Shown here: piece by piece, positions 1-14,124 of the stretch | How positions within the stretch are numbered: position 1 is the first letter of the stretch | Layout: each line of letters opens with the position of its first letter | Assembly (NCBI GenBank): GCA_018398765.1 | Contig: JAHBMJ010000002.1 | Location: forward strand, 1 to 64,000 | Reading direction: 5' to 3' | Length of the DNA: 64,000 bases | Origin: Chromera velia | Lineage: Eukaryota | Translations under genes and position numbers: made by a program | The notes under the pieces: generated by a model | Told to the model about the DNA's origin: nothing | Databases searched by the model: none | What the model saw: the letters and a program-made list of their open reading frames with translations, nothing else

Positions 1-287
1 TGTGTGTGTGTGTGTGTATGTGTGCACGCACGCATGCGTGATGAGTCACTCTGCATGTGTATGTGCATGTACCTGTACGTACGTATATGTGTACGTGTGC
101 GTTTGCCCGTGCGCGTGCGTGTGCATGTGTGCTTGCCCGTGTGCGTGCGTGACACTGTGCGTGTGCGTCTCTCTCTTTCTCTCTCTCTGTGTATGTGTGT
201 ATGTCTGTATGTGTGTATGTGTGTCTATGTGTATGTGTGTGTATCAGTGTGTGTATCAGTGTATGTGTGTGCGCATGCGTATGCGTG

Positions 288-325
<38 letters not shown>

Positions 326-334
326 AGAGAGAGT
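1..334. repeat. Compound (TG)n/(TC)n/(GA)n microsatellite
   Basis: Directly visible. The ORFs 2..415 and 4..288 are translations of this repeat. Confidence 0.95.
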
Positions 335-811
335 TGCTTTGTCCCCCCTGTCCGGCCACCTTATGGCGTCCAGACAGAAGGTAAAGCGAGGACAAGAACC
401 TTAGGGAAGATCTAGAGAAGGAACGTGAGCAACACTTACTGAAGCAACACTTTACAAGAGGTTTGGCTCTATATTAGTTTAAGTGCTAACGCGATCTCCC
501 AGTGGGATTCCAATCAGCTGGATGCATTCTATCATGCACAGTTTCTACTCATTCCTCTCTCTCAGACTCTCGATCTCTCTTGATCTATGGTAAACAGACA
601 TCAGACTCAAACGATGCTATCCGTTGCTTGAGTAACATGTTGCATGCTTGAATACGAAGGTCAGACTCGATCGATTTCAACAATTTTGATCGACGCGCAC
701 GACACGTACGAAACAAAGCGCGGCGGCGGAGCCTGGCGTCGGTATGCGGGCTCATTCAGATATAGCGCATGTGAGGGTCCAGAGGGCGGCCCCACAGGGT
801 AGGACTCCACA
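335..811 (-). repeat. 3' LTR of element 335..3676
   Basis: Matches 3200..3676; TG...CA termini. Confidence 0.92.
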
Positions 812-3180
812 GATCCCCCCCAGCCACAGACAAGAAAATCGCGTCCCTGCGATCAGCCAGACACATTCGAGCATGCGCAGAAAGGGAAAAAAGGCGAGCA
901 AAAGAACACGATCAACCAGACATAATGCAAACCCATACAACCAATAGAACACTTCAAAGCATGTAGTCGAAGGAATGAAATCTCGAGCGTCCTCGCACCA
1001 TGATAGATACAGGGAAAAGCAAATCAAGACAACAGACATCAACGAACGAACGGCCGTGAACGGCAGCCGGTCAGACCTATCGGAAGGAGACGCCTGGCGG
1101 TCGAGCCTGGTGGTACACCGTCTGGCTCCACGCAGATGCTCGTGTAGAGACGGCTAGCTCCACCAAGGCCCCCATCAACTCCCGTGCTACAAGGGGGAGA
1201 GGCGATACCCAGAGAACCCAGAAGGCCTCCAAAGCACCGGCATCCCCCTGTAGGGAGAAGATGTAGAACGGACACAGAGACATGCATGGGTTGTCCCCTC
1301 GCTTTTTCTTCTTTACTCGTTGAACTAGACATCTTTTTAAAGATTTCTTCTCCTTTTGCTCCTGCTCTACTTATTTTCTCTCCGCCTCTTCCAGTCTCTT
1401 TTTCTTAAATTAAGAAGGAAGCCAGGGATAACCCGAAACGTTTCAAAGCAGCAGAAGGAAGTGAGAAGGAGACAGTGAATGAAAGCGCCCCCTCGTGTGC
1501 TCGTGCTCTCAGCCACATGAGGGGTCTGACTCCCAAGCCACACGCAAAGAAGAGAAGCCGAGAGAGAAGAAAGGTCACTCTTCCAAAAGGAGCTCCAGAA
1601 GTTCCAAATGCGCAGCACATGCGGCGCTCGGCTTGTTGCTCTCGCAGTTTGCCTCTTTGATACTCAGTTTTGCAATGAGCTCACTCCCCCCCCAAGTTCA
1701 GTGCAGGGGCGCAAGGGCGGTCACAGGCAGTCGCGGGCATGCGCGGGCATAAGCATATGGCGGTGACAATCAAGCAGTCCTCTGCCTGCGTTTCATATGC
1801 AGCTGACGTAGGGGTAGGCGATCGACTTCGAGTTCTCGTTCATAGAAGGGCTTGGCCGTCTTGTCAAGCATAAATACATTTTACGCATGTCAGCGGCTGC
1901 ATAAAAGGAGGGAGGGAAGGGACCGGACACATTGCAGACTGCCCTGCTGCTTTCTTTCTATCTCGTCTCTTCTTTCTGTCTTGTTTCATCCCTTTGCTGC
2001 TCCTTTCGACACATGAACTCTCAACTTCAGACAAAAGATGCTCTAGTCACACTCAGTCGCTGGTACTTCGTATGCTCTTGGCCAGCCTCGATTCGATTTG
2101 CCCCCCCCACCCCGAAGCAACCCCCCTCTCCCCCTCTTTCCCCCCCTTTCCCTCCCTCTCCTCCCTTCCCCATTGTCCCCCCTTCTCCCCCTTTTCCCAT
2201 GACCCGCTTTGCCCTTCCTGATCCCTGTTAAAAATTTTACCGGCGTCGGCGAGAGATGAGGCGGCAGCTGCTGTGTGCCCTACTCTGTCTCTCAGTAGGT
2301 CTGCCGCGACCCTTCTGCCTCTCTTGCCGTCAAGGGCAGGCTCGATATCATTTTGTACCCCTTCCTTACTTCCCCCTCCTTCCTACTCCAGGCTCGCCGC
2401 ATCGGGGTCCCAGAGCAGAAGGCCTTCCCCGGCTGGCACACCGGCCGTCACTGCGTTGTTCCATGTAGAACGCCGCCACCTGTCCCTTCTGCCTGTTTAA
2501 CATGCATGCAGAGTCTCGTGCACCCAATCGAACCGCCACTCATTGAATGATCTACACAATAGCCAGACAGCCAGAAACGACAAGCTCTCTCTCGGAAGAA
2601 AACGGCAGCATTGCAGACACATGGAGAGGCAAAGGGCATCTTCTTGTATTTTGACACTGTTGGAGGACCAGTCCAGACAGACCTAGACACGCTGGAGGTG
2701 TTTGCAAGCCACGAAGGTGGTCGGCCTCTCGAAGACAAGCAAGCAACCAACAGCAAAGACAAGTAAAGGTGATCAGCCGACACCCATCTGGAAGATGGAG
2801 ACAATTACAGAATCAAAAGGCATAAGACAAGCACTCTACTGGCCGTTTGAATTGCGATCTGCTTGTAGGCGGCGGTCTCAATGAAGTCAAGCTCCTCGAA
2901 AGTCCGAGCAACACCAAGCAACGTCTCCACCATCGGCTTTGGCGACCTCCAACGATCTTTGGGCTCTCCACCCAAGGACAAAGGCAAAGTCCAGGATTGG
3001 ACTCAAAAGAGATCTCCAAAAGAGGATTCCAGGCAGCTTGGGACGCAAGGGGACGCTGAATTCCCCTACTCACGGTCTTTGCCTGACCGTGCCCGTATCG
3101 TTGCAATCGGCTTTCAACTGTTGCGCAAAAGGAAGATCTGATCCCTATCACAGAAGGTATACGAAAGTCCACACTCATCG

Positions 3181-3196
3181 AGCTGAGCGTTCACCA
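3181..3196 (-). promoter_or_regulatory. Putative tRNA primer-binding site of the LTR element
   Basis: TGG-starting tract TGGTGAACGCTCAGCT just inside the 5' LTR. The cognate tRNA was not identified. Confidence 0.6.
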
Positions 3197-3199
3197 CAA

Positions 3200-3676
3200 T
3201 GCTTTGTCTCCCCTGTCCGGCCACCTTATGGCGTCCAGACAGAAGGTAAAGCGAGGACAAGAACCTTAGGGAAGATCTAGAGAAGGAATGTGAGCAACAC
3301 TTACTTAAGCAACACTTTACAAGAGGTTTGGCTCTATATTAGTTTAAGCGCTAACGCGATCTCTCAGTGGGATTCCAATCAGCTGGATGCATTCTATCAT
3401 GCACAGTTTCTACTCATTCCTCTCTCTCAGACTCTCGATCTCTCTTGATCTATGGTAAACAGACATCAGACTTAAACGATGCTATCCGTTGCTTGAGTAA
3501 CATGTTGCATGCTTGAATACGAAGGTCAGACTCGATCGATTTCAACAATTTTGATCGACGCGCACAACACGTATGAAACAAAGCGCGGCGGCGGAGCCTG
3601 GCGTCGGCACGCGGGCTCATTCAGATATAGCGCATGTGAGGGTCTAGAGGGCGGCGCCACAGGGTAGGACTCCACA
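3200..3676 (-). repeat. 5' LTR of element 335..3676
   Basis: Matches 335..811; followed on the minus strand by the PBS. Confidence 0.92.
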
Positions 3677-5180
3677 GAGTCTTTGTATTTCTCGTATTTT
3701 CTCACCTGAGCGTTGTTGATTTGAGAGCAGTGGTTTAAACAGTTGTTCCACAGTTTTTGTTTGACGTATTTGCAGGATCAGCTGAACGTCGGCGATGTGT
3801 AAGCGGCAGGTGCTCTCCCTGGTGCGGTTCACGGCTCGGGTCCTCGAAGTCTGTCGGAGCTCCTCACGCAGGCTCGGTGGGGGGCACACAAGACTTTTCT
3901 CAACTCTAATAAGCTAGAAGAAGAGAAGATTGAGGAGGCAGAGGGGAAATTTCTAGAAAGAGAATTTCTTTTTAGAGATTGAACATGAACGGTACAAGAA
4001 GGGAAGGGCGAGTTCGAAAGAAACTTGCGCGCTTTGCAGGGTCTAGCGGCGATGAGCTCTAATAAGCAGAGTGCAGCGAATACGGTTGCAAAAGCCGACA
4101 CAGAAGCTGCAGGGGGGTGCAAGCAGCCACGACCCTCCTCATTCTGCTCGTCTGTTCATGCGTGCGGTGTCGGTTGCTGCATTTCTCGGGGGCAGGCAGA
4201 TGCAGTGGAAGTGGAGGCAGGTGCAGAAGGGGCGAGCAGATGAAAGAAGAAGTTTCATCCTGGAGCTTTGACTGATTATGCTCGTGCTACCTGTTTCTGT
4301 CCGGGTGTATGATACCGTGTATCACGTAGGGGGGGAGTGGGAGGGCGGAGGGCTCCGGGAGGGGGCTGGAGTCCAAGTCTTTTTGCTTGAAGGTAGTATG
4401 CAGGCAGAGTGTCGAAACGTAAATAGATTATGGTAGATTCCTGTTAGTGCAACACATTATTTACTAATTTACGAATGATTTAAGTTTCTCTCAAATACTG
4501 AGATGACATTAAACGTCGTTATACCTAAAGAAATTAATGAGAACATATGATGAAAAAATAATAAAAAGTAATGAAAATATGCTGGGAAAGGCGGGAAAAA
4601 ACGTCAACACAATGAATAATCATTCAATAATGTAATCAGTTTTTATATATAGTGATCGACTATACTCTTCAATGTCTTCATAGTCTTTCATTTCTCTATA
4701 TTATCATCGATCATCATTGAATAATGCTCATAAATAAGTTGAGGGCCAACTTGAGGTAATTATTCATAGCAGTATAGTGATGGTTTGTTATGAATTTTGA
4801 TATAATGATAATAGTCACATACTAGTAGTACGGTAGTAGTGGTAATAATGAGTCTAGTAGCGAGTAGTAATAATAGTAGTACTACGTAGTAGTAATTTAG
4901 GGAGACTAAGGTAGTAATTGTAACTCTAGTGCCAGAAAGCATTTAAAGTAAAAAGTTATATTTTAATAAAAATAAAGATAATAAAAATATTATTTATTAC
5001 TGCCAAGATTACTAACTCAATTAAGATTAATTACATCGTATACTTTATATGTGTTAAATTTACATAAATTGAGGAAAAAAATATAGTGCAAAACTCCTCA
5101 GAGTTACTTTTGAAAAAAACGACCTTTATAAAATAGTTTGAGTTGGATTGAACTAAGTTCAGTTGTGGTAGGTACTTTAA

Positions 5181-6705
5181 TTACGTATGCGACGCTGGCA
5201 GCGTATGCCGTTTTTTTGAATCTACCAAGAAGCTCTGGGCTGATTGTCTAGTGCTGTCTTGTGAAAGTATGGAAGCCGAAGCGCCCACTGTGGGACTGAA
5301 GGACGTACTGAAGGAAGGCGTCGCCCCATCCCAAAACGTCAGCCTCCCCTCCTTGCTTCCTGAGACTACACCGAAAGGAGTCCACTCAAGAGCCAAGGGC
5401 ATCTCCCTCAGACTGATCGAGCTCTCTTCCTGCACATCCAGCAGACGCACACATTCGGGCAGAGTGGTGCATGGAAAACCAAACGGGTGCATCCTCTCTC
5501 TCTTCTTGTTCCAACACCTATCACGAAACGCTCCCAGAAGTAAACGCTCGGTCGACACTGGACCGTGTTGCACCTGGTATGCTGGAGTGGACAGGGAAAG
5601 CAAGACACAGTGCGAAGCTCTTGGGGGGAGTACAGAGAGCAGAAAAACACACCTGTGCATGCAAAAAAAGGAAGGAATGGGATATCGCACCCCAAGCGGA
5701 AAACAGCAAAAAACGATGGGGCGCAGAATGATGGAAAAGAAACCCGAAAAAATGGGACAGAAAGAAACAGCGTCGATCGCAGAAAGGAGTGTCTGACAAC
5801 CCTACCGACCTTTTTCTTAAGTCGGTTGTAGCATAGGATTCCCTCTTTGTGGGGGATGACTGCACAGCAAAAATGGGAGCTCAAAAGTATAGCCGCTAGG
5901 ATGTCGACACATCACATATATGTAAACCTACGGGGAGACATGACCTATTCGAAAAAAAAAGAACTGCGCAGTGTCGAAAATGTGATAACACTCTACTTTC
6001 TCCCGGCGAAAGCAGGGGAGATGCATCGAACGACACGCGACCTTCTCCAGCCGATTCTCAAACGAATCAGCCAGACGGAAGAGCAGAACAGACGGAGACA
6101 GGAAAAAATTCGGCGTGAAGAATTCTACGCCCAAATGACTTCTCGACGAGCAGACAGGCAGATCCTCCATACCTCCTCTTTGCTTCATCACAAACTCAAA
6201 CCATACACACAGTGCGCATGGGGTCAAAAGATCCGACGGTTTTGTCAAATCTCGAAGAGAGAGAGAAACGAAAGGAGCCATGAAATTGACAGACCGAGCA
6301 AGTCGCCGTCTGGAGCGATGTCCGCGCAGGCGTGCCCGACTGTCGGGCTGGCAAAGTTCCACTCTGCGTGCATACAAAGAGACGAAGCAGAACAAAAAGG
6401 GAAAGATGAAAAAAGAAAAGAACGAAGGAAGGGCACATGGTTAAAATGCAAAAATGAAAAGATTTTCGTCTTCATGTGATGAAATGTCCGTGCCACACGG
6501 AAGGGTCAAAGTTGTTTCACATCAGCAGCCAGCTTCCTGCGATGGGGGGCAAACTGAAAAAGGACAGGTGCACTTTACAGTTGTTCCCTTCCCTTCCCTT
6601 CCCTTCCCTTCTTCTCTGGCACACACGGAAACATATGCCTTTCTTCCCTTCTGCCCAGAGGGGGAATGCACACACACACACACACACGTACACACACAAA
6701 CACAC

Positions 6706-6804
<99 letters not shown>

Positions 6805-7775
6805 AAGAGACTGACCATCCAGGGGTACAGACAACTCGACACGCTGAGCCCTTAAATCCCACACCTGCACGCAGAGAGATGCACGGACGAAAGGGGGGAG
6901 GGAATAAGAGAAAAGCAGGACGAGAGGTTGGACAACAATCATTTCAATAATTTAAAGAGAGAAGAAAAAAAGAGTGGAGACGGAAGAAGAGAAATCTAGA
7001 GATAGAGAGCTCAGACTAAATGGAGAGAGAATGATAAGTCTGCATTCATGTCCTCATCACTCCATCAAATCTCCTGAACACACCCCCAAGAAATACAAGC
7101 CACCGTTTCCACATGAAGATACCGCGATCGCATAAGATAAGCCAGCGCATCTTCAGCCGCACGAATGAAGACAAGGAAGATATCGATCGATCAATCCTCT
7201 CTAAATCGACAAACCTTCACAGTGTTGTCTTCTCCCTTGGACTGGGTCACAAAGCTGGACATGTCTTCCGAAATCTTTACTCCAGTGACCTGTGCACACC
7301 CACCCACTCCCCACAGAGAGGGAGAGAGAGAGCACCCACTTCAAAAAGGTTGATACATCTATGCAATGGAGGGTGCAGGGGACAATCGAAAGGCATTTCC
7401 TTGTCTGCATTAGGACCGAGACAGATTGAAGAGAAGAGAAAACGGGACACAGTCGTTCTCTCATCGTGCATTTGACAGAAAGAAAGCAGTCGATCACTTT
7501 ACCGACTCACCTCTTGAGTGTGCTCGTCTCTGATCTCCTCAATCCTGTGGACTGCAGTCGGTCGGGAAAGGAAGAGAGAGAAAGAAAAGAAGGCAAATGG
7601 ACAGAAGGCATGCCATCTGCTTCCCTCCACACGTTTTTGTCTCGCGGACAAGCAAGCCTATCTGCAGTCATTCCCATATCGCTTCACCTCAAGACAGAGA
7701 TAAAGACGAGGAAGACGCAACCAAAGAGAACAAAAAACTCGTATTAGCAGCACACGGAAGAGATTTGCGATGAGA

Positions 7776-7833
<58 letters not shown>

Positions 7834-7834
7834 G

Positions 7835-7871
<37 letters not shown>

Positions 7872-7872
7872 G

Positions 7873-7950
<78 letters not shown>

Positions 7951-9526
7951 CCTCCCTGACTCACTCTTATTTCCCCGGAGAGACAAAATCATCACAGTTC
8001 CATTTCTGTGCCCTGTCACTGCTGTCTCGAAGTCTCTCGACACGGCTGCGCTTGTCAGCTTAGACGACACAGACAGCTGCACAAAAAGGGTGCGTCTAAA
8101 ATATGAAGGCACGCGCACACACACATGCACAAAGAGAGGGACAGAGAAGTGAAATACACGCACACACAGAGCTCCCAATCCAGGCGAAGCAACGCAACCC
8201 AACACACCATATATGCACCCGGCAACTGCCTCAGGGCAGAGAGAGCCAACTCGTTGCATGCATGCAGAAGAACTCCTCCCCCCGCCCCACTGCTCGTGTC
8301 TGCTGCCTGTCGTCACTACCTTCGACTCCTCCCCTCCCTGCCCGCCCCCTTTCTGACCGACCGAGTGAAGAGGGGACCCCTTATTGAAGTCCCACAGCTT
8401 ACACGTGCGGTCGTCGAGAGCTGTAAATAATAGCTGCATTGGGGGAGGACAGGGAAGAGAAGACATATGGATGTACATAAGCGCGCCAACAAAAAGAAAC
8501 AAAAAGGCCATGCTGGTCAAAGAGAAAGCGTCCGTGAGGCGATGGACGTCCCCCTCGTTTCTTTTCTCTTTTGTGTCTTTATGTTTCGTTTCCGTTTCCA
8601 AAGCCCCCAATCCAGCAAATGAGCAGAAGCACAAAAGAAGCAAGCCACAAAGAGCAACTCAGGCAGCATAGTGCAGGCGTGGACGATCCCAGAGTCCCCT
8701 CATCCATCTCCAACGCCTCTAGACTCAGACAACGTCTTATCTCGTCTCAGAAAAGAGGGCAGAGAAGTCAGGGAGGAGGGAGAGAAGGACGAAGCGAGGG
8801 AGAAAGAAACACACTCTTCTACTTCCTATCCCTCCCTGTGAACTGCTGACCGTCTTGTTCCCCTTTTTGCAGATGCTCATATGAATAACCCTGCCTGCAA
8901 CACCGCCGGAGAGACATTCATGGTCGAATGAAGTGCAACCAGTCTCGCAGGACAGCAGAGAGAGATTCAGGAGCGTCCCTCGCATGCCTTCTTTGGCGGT
9001 TCAAGGAGGCCAGACAGAGGTCCGAAGAAAAGGTGGACAGAGAAAAGACAGAAGACAAGGAAGAGACATAGTTCAGGACAGACAAAAGAAGACGCGGGGC
9101 ATCAGCAAGGAGAAATGCTTGCTCTGTTTCGCAAACCAAAAAGAACATTAGAGGGACAACTGGAAAAGGAGGAAGAGGAGAAGGAAAGGAGGGAGAGAGC
9201 AACATACAACCGGAAAAGTCGGAAAGCGAAGACCGTTGTTCAAGCCTTTCGAACAGAGCCAAAAAGAGGAAAACAAAGAGATTTTTCTCCAGCACTCCCT
9301 CCGTCCCCTCACTTTTGACGTTCACAGGCTCAAAGGTCCGTCTCATAGAGTCGACGTTAATGCACAGGACAGGGTGGGGTGAATCTGCAACACGCCAACG
9401 GTGCATGCATTTATTTTAATAATAAGTAAATATCACGATTCTCCCCATCCACGAACCCCCCCCCACACACACACGCAGTCGCTCACTCACTTACTCACAC
9501 CCAGTCAGAGAAACAGACACCACGCG

Positions 9527-9568
<42 letters not shown>

Positions 9569-9570
9569 GT

Positions 9571-9617
<47 letters not shown>

Positions 9618-9652
9618 ACGCACACGCACACGCACACACACACACACAGTGT

Positions 9653-9691
<39 letters not shown>

Positions 9692-12600
9692 ACGCACACG
9701 CACACAGGCGGGGGGGGGCAATGCGATCAAAAAAAGGCTCCTGAAGAACACCAATAAACAAACGAACAAACAAGTGGACGGACACATGCGCAGCCCGACC
9801 TGCGAAGGCCACTGCCAGGCATGCGCAGTCGTCTGTCAGAGCGAGTGCATCGACAAGATAATTTCCCCCGGCCCTGGCAGATCCCCCAGGTGTCGCGAAC
9901 TCTGCACACAGACAGCATCGGGACAACAGGAATGAATGCGTTTCCTGGAAACAAAAATGACGGTTTATTTTCCTTTCTCTGGTTTCGAGTCAACTCGCAG
10001 ACGCCCGGGCGCAGGTTTTGCTATGCGGGAGCTGAAGAAGACGGAGAGTCGAAAACGGATGATATTCGGACGTGTCCATTTTTTTCTTCTCTGTTCTCGC
10101 CTGTACCTTGCAACGGCATTGCCGCCAAGTGTTTTCTTGTAGGCAGGACACAACTGCCACGGTCTTTTCATTTCACGTTCGTGTCAAGGGAACTTCTTGA
10201 ATCGTGGCGGAAAGAGGAGAGGGCGATGGATGGAACCTGGGTATTGGTCTGACTGACCGAGTAACTGACCTTTCTTCAGTATTTCTCTGTGTTCAATATC
10301 CACAAAAGTCAATTGGCCGTCACCGCCTCCACCCGCTGCACGTATGCACACAAACAGAACAGCAGGTGTCTGTCTACATCTGTCTGTCTGTCTGTCTGCC
10401 GACTTGTTGTCTGTCTGGAAATGTGCTCAGGCATGCGAAGCAAGTGTAGGTGGCAGAAGATGGAATGTAAACTTGCGAACGGGTTGCGACAGAGGCAATA
10501 CGGAAGGATAGTGCGACACACAAGAGGACGAGAGGGGGCCTCTGAGCTTTCATTTGAACTTTACAGTCCACAACAGACCAACCGACCAGTTACGAGAAGA
10601 CCATGGGGGGCGCCATGGTTGCATCTTCCCCAGACACACCGGTTGATCAGGGTGTCGTGAGCGCTGCAGAAGAAAGAGAAACAGAGAGAGAGAGACCAAA
10701 ACAGAAAGAAGTCGCACCGTTTTCGCGAATGCCACGGAAGAAAGTCTGCTATATGCAAGAGCAAACTGAGAAGAAGAAAAACACGAAGAAGACGAATGAG
10801 GATCAGAGCCATGACGAGCAAGGAAAAGGCGGCCGTCCGGTCCCAAATGATCGATTGTATGGCTTTAGAGAACAACTAACTCACTCAAGACTCTTTCCCG
10901 CTTTCCGGGGAATCTGCAGCCAGGCAAGCAGCAAGCATAGGGCCAATACTGCACACTTTTTTTTGACAACCGAATGATGAAAGAAAAACACATTTGTCTT
11001 CCCGCTTCTCGAGAGATCTACAGGCAAGCAAGTACCGAGACAGTTGAGCGACCAGGGAGGGAGAAAGGGATGAAGGGCGGAAAGGTGGGAGAGAAGAAGG
11101 AAAATGAGGAAGACAAAGAGACATACAACAAGAAAGATGTCCTAGGAATTGCCCAAGACAAATCATGGTGGTGAACGCTCGGTCTGGGACGCCTAGCCTC
11201 TCGACCTTTCCAACTTCTTCTAGCTCTCATTCGATTCTTCCTTCACGCACACGGGGGGGGGGAGGAAACCCAGAGAGCCCAAGAGATGGAGTCTGTCTCG
11301 AGTCGTCCCGGTGGAGAGTCTCCAAACAGGCCACGATCTACTGCTCTCGAGAATAATCTTTTATGCGCATGCGCATGTTTATGCCTATAAGAACTCAAGA
11401 ACTGCAAAAACAACTACACGAATGGAGACACGCATTTAATTTTCTTTCTTTCCTTTCTTGTCTGACCTGGGACCTGGAGGACGGTCTCAGTTGGAGGCCT
11501 CCGCTTGTCTCTGCGTCCCCCTCTCCGATTCCACTTCTGTCCATGTTCTCCTCGATCGCCACAGCGTGGGCGGCAGATGAGACTCCACTCGCCCTCGCCT
11601 TCCTGAACATGTGGGTGTTCACCGTGTCCTGCATTTCGTTTAGACGCTCCGCCTGCACCCACAGAAAGGAAAAGCAAATGAAAAAAAAAAAGGCTGGCCC
11701 GCTGAAGTTCGTCTTTCAGGCTGCATTCTGTTGGCAGTGACCGTAACCAATTGATGGGAGCTCTGCTTGAATGCACAAAGAAAGAAGGCACGCACAGAAA
11801 AGACACGAGAAGCGTTTCATGACAATCTTGAATCGCGTCGTTAGTTCGTCACTCAAACAGATCGGCAGAAGAGGTCTCCTCAGGGCAGGGTATGATTTGA
11901 TGCGGCCTCGCCGAAGAGATCGAAGCACGCAGACGTACGGACGGAAAGAGACCCTAGCTGCCTTGCGTTTTTCAGTTCACCCGTTCTCCCTGCTTCTCTC
12001 CGACGGTCTGTCTGTCTGTCTCCTTGACACACACAGACACCCACACTACCGCAATTTTATGCCAATTTTCTGGGCTGGACCATTTTTCCGATCTTGATCC
12101 GGACATACAGAAACTCTCAAAGGGGTAGCCCCCCGGCTTAAATATCACCCGCATGACCAACACACACCCCATTCCTTCCTGTTGACACCATCAGTCTCTT
12201 TTCCACTCTCCGATCCGTCAGGCCGCCCCACCCCCAACCTACCTCTCTTTCTTTGTAATATAAAAGCTCCTCAATCACTCTGTGGTTCTCCAGCGTCAAC
12301 TCTTCGCGTTCTCTGCAGTCATCCATCCACTCATTCAACTTAATTCAATTCAATTCATAGAATGAATGAGCCTCTCGAAGAAGAGACACGCCGAATGTCA
12401 ACAGAGGGCGGTGCTTTTGTTACACTCTTCTTCAAGTTACATGAATGGAAAGTAAACGGAGGAAAACAAGGGAAAGATGTGAAAGTTTCTCGTTTAACTC
12501 CCTCTGGAAACCAAGAAAGCCATGCTTCTCACACAGAATCGACCTCTCGTCCACGAATATGTGCCGTTTCAGCGGAGGGAGGCAGGCACAGAAGAGGGAG

Positions 12601-14078
12601 TTCTCAGAAGAGTTTCTTTCTTTCCCCACAAACACAATGATGCGACATCACAGACTTGATGGACACGCGGAAGAACACACAGACGCATGCGCTGACTTTG
12701 CCAATGTGTCTCTCCCGAGAGTCAGTTGTTGAATTTCGTTTCGAAGAGTCCTTTCCTTGTGCTCTTGTTCCTCTAGCTTTTGTTCCTGAAGCCAGCCAGA
12801 GGGGAAGATAGAGGAGAGATACAGCCAGTCTTTGGATGCTTTGACAGTCAGTGAGGGAAGTGAGGGGATGCAGGAAGAAAAGGAGTTGCAGGACTTGTTA
12901 CTGGCAGTAGCCGAAGCGATACTTGCAGACAGGATGGGTCTTTCTCTCTCCTTTGCGGCTGATGAACACCAGACAAAGAGGATGAGGGAGGGATGGGTGC
13001 CGTGAAAGAGAGTGAACAGAAAAACGCAACCAGCCTCTTGTGAAAGAAAAAGATACAAACAAATGGATAGACAGACAGATAGTGAGGGAGGGAAACCGGC
13101 ATGCACACAACTCGGGAGACACCACATAATGCAACTGACTGACTGACTGACTGACTGACTGACATAGGCTTTGATGATCTCGTCGTTCTCTGCCAGTTTG
13201 TGTTCCTGGCTCTTTGCAAGCTCTTGATTCTCGTATCTGCACATCGAAGGGAAGGGAGACGGACAGGGAGAAGACAGAATGAGAGAGAGAGGGATAGAAT
13301 GTAAGGGAAGCACACACAGAACGTGGAAAGAAAAAGAGAAGACACCGAGGCCGTCCGGGAACTTTGGTCTTCGAAGGGTTCGTTCATCTGTCCACTGTGC
13401 CTTCCTTGTCTCTCTCTGACGTCTGTGGCTTCTTTACTTTCCAGCTTGCTTCCATACTGCCTTCGCTTTTTTTTTTCTCGATACTTTCTTCGTTTTTTTT
13501 CTGCTTGCTCTTTGGCCCCCCACCCTCCCTTTCTACCTGCTTTCCTGCCTGCCTGCTTGCCTCCCTTCCCTTTCCCCCTTCTCTTTCCTCCTAAATCTCC
13601 TTACACATCGGGCATTCCGTGACAGTCTGAAAGACGACCGCCCTCCTCTCTTATTTCCTAAAGAAAAGGAGGTACCTGGAATGGAAAGCAGACTGTCCTG
13701 CTATTCTTCCGCCCAGCCTTCCTTCCTTCCTTTCTTTATCTGCGTACCTTTCGAGTTCCAGCCTCCGAATTTTCATTTGATCATTCTCGTGCTGCAAAAT
13801 GAATAACAGAAAACCACGAAGGTTGTTGAAAGACTCAACGTGTCGGGAGGAAGAAAGGGAGGGGGGCGGTGCAAGCCCCCTTGCTATCCAGCCCAAGCTC
13901 GATTCCTTCATCTACGGACTCCCAGTCCCAAATAAATATGAATACAACAACGGAAGTGCATGAAGGAGAATCTATTCGAGGGAAGAAAGGCGACTGACCA
14001 GGCAGGCAGAAGGCACCACAAAAAAGACACACGGACACACACACACACACACACAAACGCACACACACAGTGTCACAC

Positions 14079-14124
<46 letters not shown>

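Larger units (their letters stand above)
335..3676 (-). mobile_element. Non-autonomous LTR retrotransposon (LARD/TRIM-like, no recognisable gag/pol)
   Basis: Two 477-nt direct repeats (335..811 and 3200..3676), each TG...CA, about 12 differences by manual comparison. A 4-bp TSD GAGT flanks the element (331..334 and 3677..3680). On the minus strand a PBS-like TGGTGAACGCTCAG lies 3 nt after the 5' LTR and a G-rich PPT-like GGCTGGGGGGGATC precedes the 3' LTR. The internal region has no ORF above about 120 aa and no RT/IN/gag motifs. Confidence 0.9.

Noticed and set aside
2..415. CV/ER-rich ORFs, and similar ones at 6454-6950, 7689-8063, 9401-9935, 13835-14351, 19174-19587, 35018-35463
   Set aside because: They are translations of dinucleotide/tetranucleotide microsatellites, not proteins.
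5847..6479. 210-aa plus-strand ORF
   Set aside because: Lies antisense to ATG16-like exons and introns; no recognisable motif.
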